Below, one piece after another: positions 25,452 to 32,824 of a stretch of 32,824 bases of DNA. Source of the stretch: a virus. Its lineage: Duplodnaviria; Caudoviricetes. The stretch covers positions 1-32,824 of the IMG/VR virus record IMGVR_UViG_3300023276_000579. One strand, 5' to 3'. The notes under the pieces were generated by a model, which worked only from the letters and a program-made list of their open reading frames with translations, had not been told where the DNA came from and searched no databases. Made by a program: the position numbers and the translations under genes. The first letter of the stretch is position 1, and the number at the start of each line of letters is the position of its first letter.

Positions 25452-27650
25452 CTACTTACCTTTCTTATCTTTATTACTATTCGATTTACCCGACAAGTCC
25501 ATCTTGCTCAGGGCTATTTGTTCTGGGGTCTTTCCCTTTATCAACATCTGTGCATTCAGATCTTTCTGGAACGCCATATCTGCACGCTGCTGGATTACCA
25601 TCTGGTGCTGGCCAATATGCATATTCATACGGTTAAGCAGTTCAATCATTAAGGCATTGCCAGTACTCTTTGCTTTCCAAAAGTTACTCAACAAGTATTC
25701 ACTGTGCACCTGAATGTGAACTGAATGATCGTCAAAGTTATTAACCTGCGGTACAAATAAATATTGCTCAAGTATCTGAGCCGTTTGCTCAGGAGTAGCA
25801 TTTTCCGGAATGTTAACATCTTTAAGATTCTCTTCTGCAGCAAGGAATTCTTTTGCCGCAAAATTCTTCTGCTTTGAATGCTTCTGCATAAGAGCAGTAG
25901 CGTTACCCATATTCATTTGCTCAAGCGTCCATATTCGAAGTTCCGGGTCCTGCGGATCACCGAGAACACCAGACCCCCATGCTTGAAACGCCTGTATCTT
26001 TTCAGCTTCTTTGTCAAGCGGCATAGAAGAATGACGCCTGACTATTACATTTACTTTACCTTGCAATTGCTGACGATCGATCTTGTAGACTGTCCAGTCG
26101 TAATCGGTTCCGACGACATTTACAAGTCTATCGCTTTCATAGTTTTTAAGTGCCAACGTCAATGCCTGATACGCTACTCTCTGGTCTGCTTCTTCGAACC
26201 CTTCGACTATCGGCCCAAGTTGCCTTGTGTCTGCATTGGCAAGCCTTTCAAGCCCTTTACCGCTTTCGATGTTCCGTGGTGCTATTCCCTGTGATGCATG
26301 ATGGAATGCAAACAAAGAATCGATCGCAAGTTTCTTGTCATTTAAATAAGAAAAGACCTGGCTATTCATAGGAACGCCCGCTTCTCGCGTTGGCTTTCCA
26401 ACTGGGCCGTCATATTCGATTATATTACCAGCACCGTTAGATAACGTTCTATGCCTAAGCTTAGCCGACTTCGGTGCCATAATAATGGCATTACCCATAA
26501 TGTCGATGTTCTCGTCAATCTGACTTGCCAGCTCGTTCAGCTTTCTCTGTAACGGTCTTGCTTGGCTTATCCGGCTGATGGAACCGTTAGATACACCGAC
26601 AACGTTCATCGGTGCTGCAGGGATAAACGGAAGTTCTCCGTGAGGATACATTTCTGTTGGATATGGGGCATGCATAACAACCTGCGTCCCAAGCATAACA
26701 GCATAGATTCCGGTCGGCATTGACTTTGAAGGCTTTTCCCAGTATTCGTAATAATCAATGAACTCGTCAGATTCAAGTTGCATATGAGATGAAGCATCCA
26801 TCTTTGGCGTAAATGTTGTTTTGTTTCCGGCAAACCCACTGACCAGACTATTGAACCGTCGCGTCAATCCAACTTCAAACTCAGATTCCCCTGCCTCCCT
26901 TGCAGATGTAAACTGAGATTTTAGCTTACTGTGTACTTCTGTGCCAAATCTGTCAACTACCCAGTTGCCGGTAACACGCTTTGAATGGATAATCCATTTC
27001 AACTTATTAAGATTCGTTTCCCTGAAATCATAGATAAGTTGATTTGTTGGGATGCATTCAATTTGAACATCTCCCTGCATGATTGCTTCGCCAACCTCAA
27101 GGTTTGGGTTATGTGCAAGATTTTCTGAGCCATCTTCATTGAATGGATCCGGATTGATACCGACAACCGTTTCATTTGCGTCCCAGTAAACCTTACGCCA
27201 TCCGATAGTGGAAATATCCCACCACAGAACAGCCTCACCGCGTTTAAAGTCTCTTCCGAGCTTACGCTGAAGAACCTTGAGTATCTTATCGCCGGCAATA
27301 GCGGTCGCACGATCATCATCGTCAGTACCAGCCGGTACAACGTCAAAGAGTGCCGGACTCGCCGTAGCAGTAGCGACATCATTCTGTACCGCAGGCAGGA
27401 TGACATTAACAACTTCATCGGTTGTACGCCTCTTGGCTGCAGGCCGAATAACGTCACCAAGAATCTCGATGTTTTGATACCCAACAAGATAACATACATT
27501 GGCAGTAATCTCGTTGACAATCAATCTTCTATGTATATTGAAACTGTATTTCCGCGTACTCATCATCTTCCCGATATGAAGAGCCTGCGGATCGTCAGTC
27601 ATTATGAACTGAGTCTGCATTTTTATTTTGTCAGTCTTACGTTCTTCCAA
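25452..27650 (-). CDS. Portal protein (P22-like size class)
   Basis: 732 aa downstream of the terminase genes, with GWRKVYWD, YPHGELPF, RPLQ..LN...SQI.EN and ESG..L..L...D motifs. Confidence 0.9.
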   Translation of the reverse strand: MEERKTDKIKMQTQFIMTDDPQALHIGKMMSTRKYSFNIHRRLIVNEITANVCYLVGYQNIEILGDVIRPAAKRRTTDEVVNVILPAVQNDVATATASPALFDVVPAGTDDDDRATAIAGDKILKVLQRKLGRDFKRGEAVLWWDISTIGWRKVYWDANETVVGINPDPFNEDGSENLAHNPNLEVGEAIMQGDVQIECIPTNQLIYDFRETNLNKLKWIIHSKRVTGNWVVDRFGTEVHSKLKSQFTSAREAGESEFEVGLTRRFNSLVSGFAGNKTTFTPKMDASSHMQLESDEFIDYYEYWEKPSKSMPTGIYAVMLGTQVVMHAPYPTEMYPHGELPFIPAAPMNVVGVSNGSISRISQARPLQRKLNELASQIDENIDIMGNAIIMAPKSAKLRHRTLSNGAGNIIEYDGPVGKPTREAGVPMNSQVFSYLNDKKLAIDSLFAFHHASQGIAPRNIESGKGLERLANADTRQLGPIVEGFEEADQRVAYQALTLALKNYESDRLVNVVGTDYDWTVYKIDRQQLQGKVNVIVRRHSSMPLDKEAEKIQAFQAWGSGVLGDPQDPELRIWTLEQMNMGNATALMQKHSKQKNFAAKEFLAAEENLKDVNIPENATPEQTAQILEQYLFVPQVNNFDDHSVHIQVHSEYLLSNFWKAKSTGNALMIELLNRMNMHIGQHQMVIQQRADMAFQKDLNAQMLIKGKTPEQIALSKMDLSGKSNSNKDKKGK

Positions 27651-27855
27651 GATTCACTTCCTTTTCAATACCGTTATCGGTAGTTACAAGAAACGATGTA
27701 TCACAACCAATGCATTTTATTACCGCGTCCCTGGCAAGGACTTCCATGCCTTTGTGTTTCACATGAACAAACGTGCCGTCGTCTTCGAAGTCGCTAATCT
27801 TAGCAACCTTACGGTAGCATTTTGGACAGTTCAAATTTTTAGATGACTTGGCCAT
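27637..27855 (-). CDS. Small zinc-ribbon protein
   Basis: Likely start MAKSSKNLNCPKC at 27855 rather than 27912. CPKC...CIGC pair resembles Mu Com-type zinc ribbons. Confidence 0.65.
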   Translation of the reverse strand: MAKSSKNLNCPKCYRKVAKISDFEDDGTFVHVKHKGMEVLARDAVIKCIGCDTSFLVTTDNGIEKEVNLGRT

Positions 27856-28117
27856 GTTCTTCTTCCGCATCTTCTGTTTCTGTTTCGTCTTTAGAGGTAT
27901 CATATCCAGCAATAAACAATTCGATATCGCCCATCTCCTTGATAAGCTCAGGTTTCAGCAATTTCATCCGCAACCAACATGAATGGAAATAACTATCTCT
28001 TGTGCACAGTACGTCACTGATCTGGTCTGGAACTTTTGCTGGCTCTGGCATATCCAGTGCTTTCATGACTTCATCTACCGTTGACCCGAATAGTCTTTCC
28101 CTAATCTTTTCAATCAT
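27839..28117 (-). CDS. Hypothetical protein
   Basis: 92 aa with GAAAGGGA SD, ATGA overlap with the nuclease gene and an acidic tail. Confidence 0.65.
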   Translation of the reverse strand: MIEKIRERLFGSTVDEVMKALDMPEPAKVPDQISDVLCTRDSYFHSCWLRMKLLKPELIKEMGDIELFIAGYDTSKDETETEDAEEEHGQVI

Positions 28118-28824
28118 AATACAATCCCTTTCTGTGTTCTGCCTGACGACAATTGCTTCCTAAACTGTTTCCATGCTTTCTGTACGTCAACGTCCTGCGT
28201 CTGATGCGTTATTACCTGTTTTTTCCGAGGCTTTGCAAACGGATAAAGCTTTGCTCCATGATAGGCCATCATCAAGGCCATTACCGTATCGTCATTGAAT
28301 CCGTCTGCCGCACCTGCTTTTCCCTTTGACTGCATATAGACAAAGTTCATCATCTCCGAGATCGTTACCGGGTCATGCAGGACGATACCGCCTTCTGACA
28401 ATGCCAGTTGCATTTCATTTATCAATAACCACTTTGACGATTCTGTGGTTCTGAATCCATACTTGTCCGAGATATCCATATCCTGATCGAGTCTGGTTTC
28501 AGCTTGATAGTTTCTTGGGTACTTATAATAATCTAAAAGAGCATCCTGTACTGAGTTACCCGGGTAGTTGATTTCCATTACTATCAGGGCTTCGTTATAA
28601 AACCGTCCGAGTTGGTTGGCGAATTCGCTTACTTTATTTACAGGCCATTTCGCTCGGAATACGGCGACCTGCTCGAACGGTATTGTGTTACTTAGTATTT
28701 GGAAGCATGTGTAGTCGTCTGCAAGTCCAGTACTTGCGTCACCGCCAAGCGTGTATACCATTCCTGGCTCTGGAAGCCTCATAATTCGCAATGGACCCAT
28801 TTCTTGTTCGACAAATTGGTGCAT
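28114..28824 (-). CDS. terL: Terminase large subunit, nuclease (RNase H-like) half
   Basis: YTLGGDASTG..DDYT, IVMEIN..G, GFRTT..SK and FNDDTVMAL motifs supply the terminase nuclease acidic residues. No ATPase motifs. Confidence 0.9.
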   Translation of the reverse strand: MHQFVEQEMGPLRIMRLPEPGMVYTLGGDASTGLADDYTCFQILSNTIPFEQVAVFRAKWPVNKVSEFANQLGRFYNEALIVMEINYPGNSVQDALLDYYKYPRNYQAETRLDQDMDISDKYGFRTTESSKWLLINEMQLALSEGGIVLHDPVTISEMMNFVYMQSKGKAGAADGFNDDTVMALMMAYHGAKLYPFAKPRKKQVITHQTQDVDVQKAWKQFRKQLSSGRTQKGIVL

Positions 28825-29093
28825 TATTCTACTTCTACCCAGTCGTCAGCTAAAATGTCACTCTGTGATGCTAGCCAAGGAACCACATTGCCTTGATCTG
28901 TCTTCATTGCGATATAAGCACCGTATTCTACTGTGTCTCCGAATTCTGCTTTTGCGACATCTGTGACAGTTTTGTAGGAGTTGGCTGGAACATGATATAG
29001 AAACATCCCTTTGCCGTTCCATCCTGCCCTTGCGACTTTTCTGCCATCCATTAAGATCCCGAGTGCATCGCTGAAAAATAAACTTTCTTCCAT
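28824..29093 (-). CDS. tad2: DUF2829 / Tad2-like anti-defence (signal-sponge) protein
   Basis: 89 aa with the F.DAL..L..G.KVARAGWNGKGMFL...YIAMKT....VPWLASQSDILADDW signature of DUF2829, the family of Thoeris anti-defence 2. Confidence 0.8.
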   Translation of the reverse strand: MEESLFFSDALGILMDGRKVARAGWNGKGMFLYHVPANSYKTVTDVAKAEFGDTVEYGAYIAMKTDQGNVVPWLASQSDILADDWVEVE

Positions 29094-29116
29094 AATCCTA
29101 TGCCTTTCTTAATATA

Positions 29117-29983
29117 CTATCCTGCTAACGCCAATGTCCCATCGACATGTGGCATTGCTGAATTTTCAAGTGCTACTAATAGTTTCCTGTCGAATACCGG
29201 ACGGCCACCAAAGATGATATATTTGCCTTCAATACGAACCTGTCTTTCATCTTCCGGCATTGACTTACAAAGCTTGTCAATCTCGCTGATCGGAATGTAC
29301 GGATTCTCACGCATTCCAGCCATCGTGTAATAAACATCTTCTCGGTCAAGCGTGTCCTTCAGCCACTTGGTTCCTTCGACTGGTGTTGCTGTCATTAGCC
29401 AAGGTGCTGCCTTGTCAAGCGTCCTGATCTCAAGCTCACCAAACACACCCTCTTTCAAAGGTTCTTCGTCTACCCAGGCAAAGTCGATCTTAGCACTTTG
29501 AAACTTTTGCTTTCCGGAGTCTACTGACTTAAACCAGACTTCCCATTCTCTGCCGTCAGACTTCAATGACCAGTACCCAAGCTTACCGTGCCATTTCCCT
29601 TTTTCTTTGTACCGCTTTGGGATAAGCGATTCGAAATAAGGTTGCAATACAGATCCTATACACTTGCTGTCAAGCCCGACAATCCATGCTATGCCCTCTT
29701 TAGGGCTTTCATAGGTAGGATGCTCGCCTGTGACCATCATCGCTGTCACAAAGGCACCCATTTGACTTTTGCCGATACGGTTCGCTCCACAAGCGACACA
29801 GCCTTTGTATTTTGGCATATTCCAGATAATGTCATACTGCCAACTCGGTCCACCGCTACGGTTCCGGTACGGCATCATCTTGTAGTAGAGTTCTTCGCCT
29901 CTTGCCAAAACTTCCGTCACTAGCTGTCGATTCGTTTTTAGCCAGTTCAAAGCCTCTTTCCCCTTCGACGTATGACTCGACAT
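29117..29983 (-). CDS. terL: Terminase large subunit, ATPase half
   Basis: Walker A GANRIGKS, Walker B FAWVDEEP, motif III MTATP, then ENPYI and R.EG.Y, ending in a stop at 29117. The start is uncertain: the frame is open to 30088, and ATG 29983 has an upstream AGGA. Confidence 0.9.
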   Translation of the reverse strand: MSSHTSKGKEALNWLKTNRQLVTEVLARGEELYYKMMPYRNRSGGPSWQYDIIWNMPKYKGCVACGANRIGKSQMGAFVTAMMVTGEHPTYESPKEGIAWIVGLDSKCIGSVLQPYFESLIPKRYKEKGKWHGKLGYWSLKSDGREWEVWFKSVDSGKQKFQSAKIDFAWVDEEPLKEGVFGELEIRTLDKAAPWLMTATPVEGTKWLKDTLDREDVYYTMAGMRENPYIPISEIDKLCKSMPEDERQVRIEGKYIIFGGRPVFDRKLLVALENSAMPHVDGTLALAG

Positions 29984-30446
29984 AGCGGCGAGATTCCTGA
30001 GCCTCGTCAATTTGTCTAAATAGTTCTTCATCTGATGATAAGGAAACCTCAACTGTAATGTCTTTTTTTGCTGGAGCTTTGAGTCCATAGATATCTATTA
30101 CCTTTCCAAGAGCTTTGTCTCTCGCAACATTGTCCGGAACATACTGTATCTTCTGGTGACTTGCACCTTCTTCGTCGATATCTTCGAGTATTATTGGCTT
30201 TTCAGCATCAAGCCCTTTTACTAGAATATCCATAGTGCCGGCAACGCCTCCAAGAGTTCCATCGTCAAGAAGCTGTAAGGCCATAGCTCGATAGTCCTTG
30301 TCTCTCTTGTAGGTCTGCAAGGTATTCCTAGTCACGCCCATTTCTTTTGCACATTGCACAACAGTCTTACCTTCTACAAGGTGCTTCTGAACGAACTGAA
30401 CCTTATTCACCAGCTTTTGCTTTTCCTGTGTCTTCGATGCTGGCAT
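29856..30446 (-). CDS. terS: Terminase small subunit
   Basis: N-terminal HTH (KTVVQCAKEMGVTRNTLQTY) and a GLDAEK...PDNVARDKAL....IYGL segment. Immediately upstream of the TerL ATPase. Confidence 0.75.
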   Translation of the reverse strand: MPASKTQEKQKLVNKVQFVQKHLVEGKTVVQCAKEMGVTRNTLQTYKRDKDYRAMALQLLDDGTLGGVAGTMDILVKGLDAEKPIILEDIDEEGASHQKIQYVPDNVARDKALGKVIDIYGLKAPAKKDITVEVSLSSDEELFRQIDEAQESRRYVESYVEGERGFELAKNESTASDGSFGKRRRTLLQDDAVPEP

Positions 30447-30870
30447 CTTTTGATTCCTCTATTGACTTGTCAATGAGCTTTGCATACTCTTCCGGATGTT
30501 TAAACTTCATGTGCTGGCTGATGCAATTTTTCGGCATCTTCCTTTCACAGTGCGGACATTTCTCTTTCTTGAGAACTGTTCCACGTTTAACGCCACGTTT
30601 TCTTGGTCTGCCACGGCCTTTCCTTTCTGGCGGTTTCTTGACTGGCTCTTTAGCAGCCGTCTCAATAACCGGATCAAGGCAAAGCTTTATGATGCATTCA
30701 TGACATACTGCCGAATCAGGCTTTTTGGGTTGAAGGTGTCTTATTAAGAGCACGATCATCCCGCGTTTTTCTTTCTTGCATATTACACACGTTTGTCTTT
30801 TTGACGACTGCTCAAAAATCCTAGCCTTTATGTTTTCCAGGCCGGTTTTGAATCGAACTAACACTGACAT
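30403..30870 (-). CDS. Zn-finger / AT-hook DNA-binding protein
   Basis: CVIC...CHEC finger, KGRGRPRK AT-hook and CPHC-x10-HMKFKH C2H2-like finger; GAAAGGA SD. Confidence 0.7.
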   Translation of the reverse strand: MSVLVRFKTGLENIKARIFEQSSKRQTCVICKKEKRGMIVLLIRHLQPKKPDSAVCHECIIKLCLDPVIETAAKEPVKKPPERKGRGRPRKRGVKRGTVLKKEKCPHCERKMPKNCISQHMKFKHPEEYAKLIDKSIEESKDASIEDTGKAKAGE

Positions 30871-30891
30871 TGGTTTTCCTTTCTATATAAA

Positions 30892-31143
30892 TTAGTATCC
30901 ATCTTCGACAAGCAATAAGTCGTAGCCGCCTATAGCGTCATTGTCAATTTCGGTTGCATCAATGCATGAAACAGCTCTTATTTTAATATCAGTGCTAGCA
31001 GGCAATGGGCCTGCCGGTGCTCCATATTTATAAGCAAAATGTGAACTCCCGATATTTACAAGTGTGACTTGCCCTTTAATAGAAGCACCCAGCAGTAAAG
31101 CAAAAGTGAAACCAAGGAATATATATATAAGTTTCTTTTTCAT
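30892..31143 (-). CDS. Small secreted or membrane-anchored protein
   Basis: MKKKLIYIFLGFTFALLLGA signal-peptide-like start at 31143 (the track starts it at 31161). Confidence 0.6.
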   Translation of the reverse strand: MKKKLIYIFLGFTFALLLGASIKGQVTLVNIGSSHFAYKYGAPAGPLPASTDIKIRAVSCIDATEIDNDAIGGYDLLLVEDGY

Positions 31144-31154
31144 AACAGATACCC

Positions 31155-31634
31155 TTACCACGGACGAAGATAAACCTTGTGCTGCGAAAGGGCGGCACCA
31201 GTGACTGCCGTTATAAGGCCAACGATGTTTGCGAAACCAAGCGAGTCCATCTTCAGGACTGCTTTTCCATCAGCTTGATTTAGGATCGTAACAGTATGCT
31301 GACCCTCTACTGATTCTACGAATTCATCAACATAATATCCGCCATCAGACGCTTCCATCGTACCGGCCGTATATGTATAAGTGCCGAGATATTCAGCGTC
31401 GCCATTCAAAGGGTATCCCCATAGTTCAAGCGTTCCAGTCTCGCCATCGGCCCCACAAGTGACATCTATAAAGATGCCATTAGTGAAATCTTGAACCTTA
31501 ATGCTCTTATCCAGAAGGTTTGTTTGTCTATAAGCCTCTGTTCGTTGTACTGCATTCAAAGCTGTATCCTTAGACGCCTCTATAACCGTATTGATCTTTC
31601 GCTTAGATGCTATTTTGACATTTGAATAACTCAT
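31155..31634 (-). CDS. Hypothetical beta-rich (probably virion) protein
   Basis: 159 aa with AAGGA SD, inside the late operon. Confidence 0.65.
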   Translation of the reverse strand: MSYSNVKIASKRKINTVIEASKDTALNAVQRTEAYRQTNLLDKSIKVQDFTNGIFIDVTCGADGETGTLELWGYPLNGDAEYLGTYTYTAGTMEASDGGYYVDEFVESVEGQHTVTILNQADGKAVLKMDSLGFANIVGLITAVTGAALSQHKVYLRPW

Positions 31635-31654
31635 AAGTTTTCCTTATAATAGTT

Positions 31655-32287
31655 TTATAAATTTGCTTCATCTAATCTTTTTTTCAGAGCTAATAATTCT
31701 GACCGGATAAATCCGACCTCTGTTGCATCAATGCCCGCAACCCCCGGCCTTCCTGTTGGACCTGGTATACCGCGTCTTCCCGGAGGCCCTTGCTGTCCAT
31801 CCTTGCCGTCGACTCCATTCGTTCCATTTATTCCATCGCTTCCACGCTCTCCACGTTCGCCGTCAATGCCATTCGTGCCATTAGTGCCATCAATGCCGTC
31901 TCTGCCAACAAAACCGTCTAAGCCGTTCTTGCCGGGATTCCCATCGACACCATGAAGACCATCTGTGCCGGGTTCACCTTTAGGACCGCGAGGGCCAAGT
32001 TTTCCGTCCTTGCCGTCTTTTCCGTCCTTGCCGTTAATGCCGTCCTTATAATCAACTCCCTTTATCGGAGTAAGTCCATTAGCCCCATCAGCTCCGTTAA
32101 CTCCATTGGTCCCGGCAATACCAGTCGCACCCGTATCGCCCTTATCTCCTTTGGCGAATATCTTGATCGGCTTCTTTGGGTCACCTTTAAAGAAAAGCTT
32201 GCCGCCCTTCACCATAAGCGAATCCATTAAAGTCTGAGCAAGTGCAGTCAGTTTTTGTTTTCCGCTATACTTTGTTCGATCAGTCAT
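31655..32287 (-). CDS. Collagen-like (Gly-X-Y repeat) protein
   Basis: Long G-X-Y run interrupted by TPIKGVDYKDG, with a C-terminal coiled coil. Confidence 0.85.
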   Translation of the reverse strand: MTDRTKYSGKQKLTALAQTLMDSLMVKGGKLFFKGDPKKPIKIFAKGDKGDTGATGIAGTNGVNGADGANGLTPIKGVDYKDGINGKDGKDGKDGKLGPRGPKGEPGTDGLHGVDGNPGKNGLDGFVGRDGIDGTNGTNGIDGERGERGSDGINGTNGVDGKDGQQGPPGRRGIPGPTGRPGVAGIDATEVGFIRSELLALKKRLDEANL

Positions 32288-32607
32288 CGTGCTATAAACC
32301 TCTGTAATCCGGCTATTTCGTTTGTATATATGAATACTGGTTCAAGAGTAATATTAGCAGTCGAGCTAACTGCGTACAATACAATATGATCTGCGTATGT
32401 CTCGTCCTGGGTTATATTAAAGATGTAGACTCCCGGAGCATTTGTTGGATCAAGTTCAGTTGGGTTGATATCATCTGTTGCCTGCATCGAACCAGCATCT
32501 AATGAAATTTGAGCTGTGATATTCAGAGTATCCCCGGTCTTTGCTGCTTCAGCATCAGTGTCGTATGCAAAGACCGCTATAACTTGATCAGGGACGTTTC
32601 TATACAT
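32284..32607 (-). CDS. Small beta-sandwich virion-associated protein
   Basis: 107 aa, AAGGAGG SD, KTGD..NITAQIS.D...NPTELD...APGVY.F..TQ.ET pattern. Confidence 0.65.
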   Translation of the reverse strand: MYRNVPDQVIAVFAYDTDAEAAKTGDTLNITAQISLDAGSMQATDDINPTELDPTNAPGVYIFNITQDETYADHIVLYAVSSTANITLEPVFIYTNEIAGLQRFIAR

Positions 32608-32824
32608 TGTGCCTCCTTGCTCTCATTTGCCTTCCTGTTCCACCGCCGCCGCCAGTGGGTTCTGTTTGCAATGCACCTACATCGCCCCACCTATCTTGGT
32701 CACCACCCAAGTCGAGGTCATTCGGCACCGCTGCTGACCTACATAAGGCGCCACCTGCTGTGTCCTTCAATTTAAAATCACTAGCTAGCGCGTAAGAACC
32801 GCCAGCGTTTAAGAATGGGTTAGC
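32600..32824 (-). CDS. 3' end of a beta-helix/tailspike-like protein (starts outside the window)
   Basis: Open frame ANPFLNAGG...DFKLKD..GALCRSA...DVGALQTEPTGGGG...*. The P.F...DF.L...D.GA.Q pattern typically ends right-handed beta-helix proteins. Confidence 0.6.
   Translation of the reverse strand, partial: ANPFLNAGGSYALASDFKLKDTAGGALCRSAAVPNDLDLGGDQDRWGDVGALQTEPTGGGGGTGRQMRARRHNV

Noticed and set aside
28824-29116. Self-splicing intron or intein interrupting terL
   Set aside because: The 293-nt insert is almost entirely the DUF2829 ORF. There is no room for a group I/II core, and no homing endonuclease or intein motifs are visible.
29050-29125. Stop-codon recoding or T4 gene 60-like bypass (GGA TAG) rejoining the terL halves
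   Set aside because: Reading through the TAG meets a TAA about 22 codons later. The nuclease frame has a TGA eight codons upstream of its ATG and no matching GGA landing codon after it. TAG is also used as a normal stop by the capsid and portal genes.
31720-32150. DNA tandem repeats as a diversity-generating or mobile element
   Set aside because: Fully explained by Gly-X-Y collagen codons; no reverse transcriptase or template/variable repeat pair is seen.

Overview
A 32.8-kb piece of a tailed dsDNA phage genome with podovirus-like organisation. No host chromosomal genes are recognisable. About 29 kb (3871-32824) is one tightly coupled minus-strand late operon. In order, it encodes fibre/collagen-like proteins, an AT-hook/Zn-finger protein, TerS, and a terminase large subunit split into separate ATPase and nuclease genes with a DUF2829/Tad2-like anti-defence ORF between them. 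It continues with portal, scaffold, major capsid, decoration protein, two adaptors, nozzle, a holin-like protein, a GNAT-like protein, three ejection-type proteins, and a 3293-aa polyvalent protein with apparent GNAT-like, zincin, ADP-ribosyltransferase-like and macrodomain-like modules. The left 3.8 kb holds small leftward early-type genes, a 62-nt tRNA-like element, a strand-skewed putative terminus/origin region, two tandem sigma70-type promoters driving structured non-coding sequence, and two rightward genes (one MazG-like). All family assignments come from motifs recognised by eye and from gene order; no database search was run.
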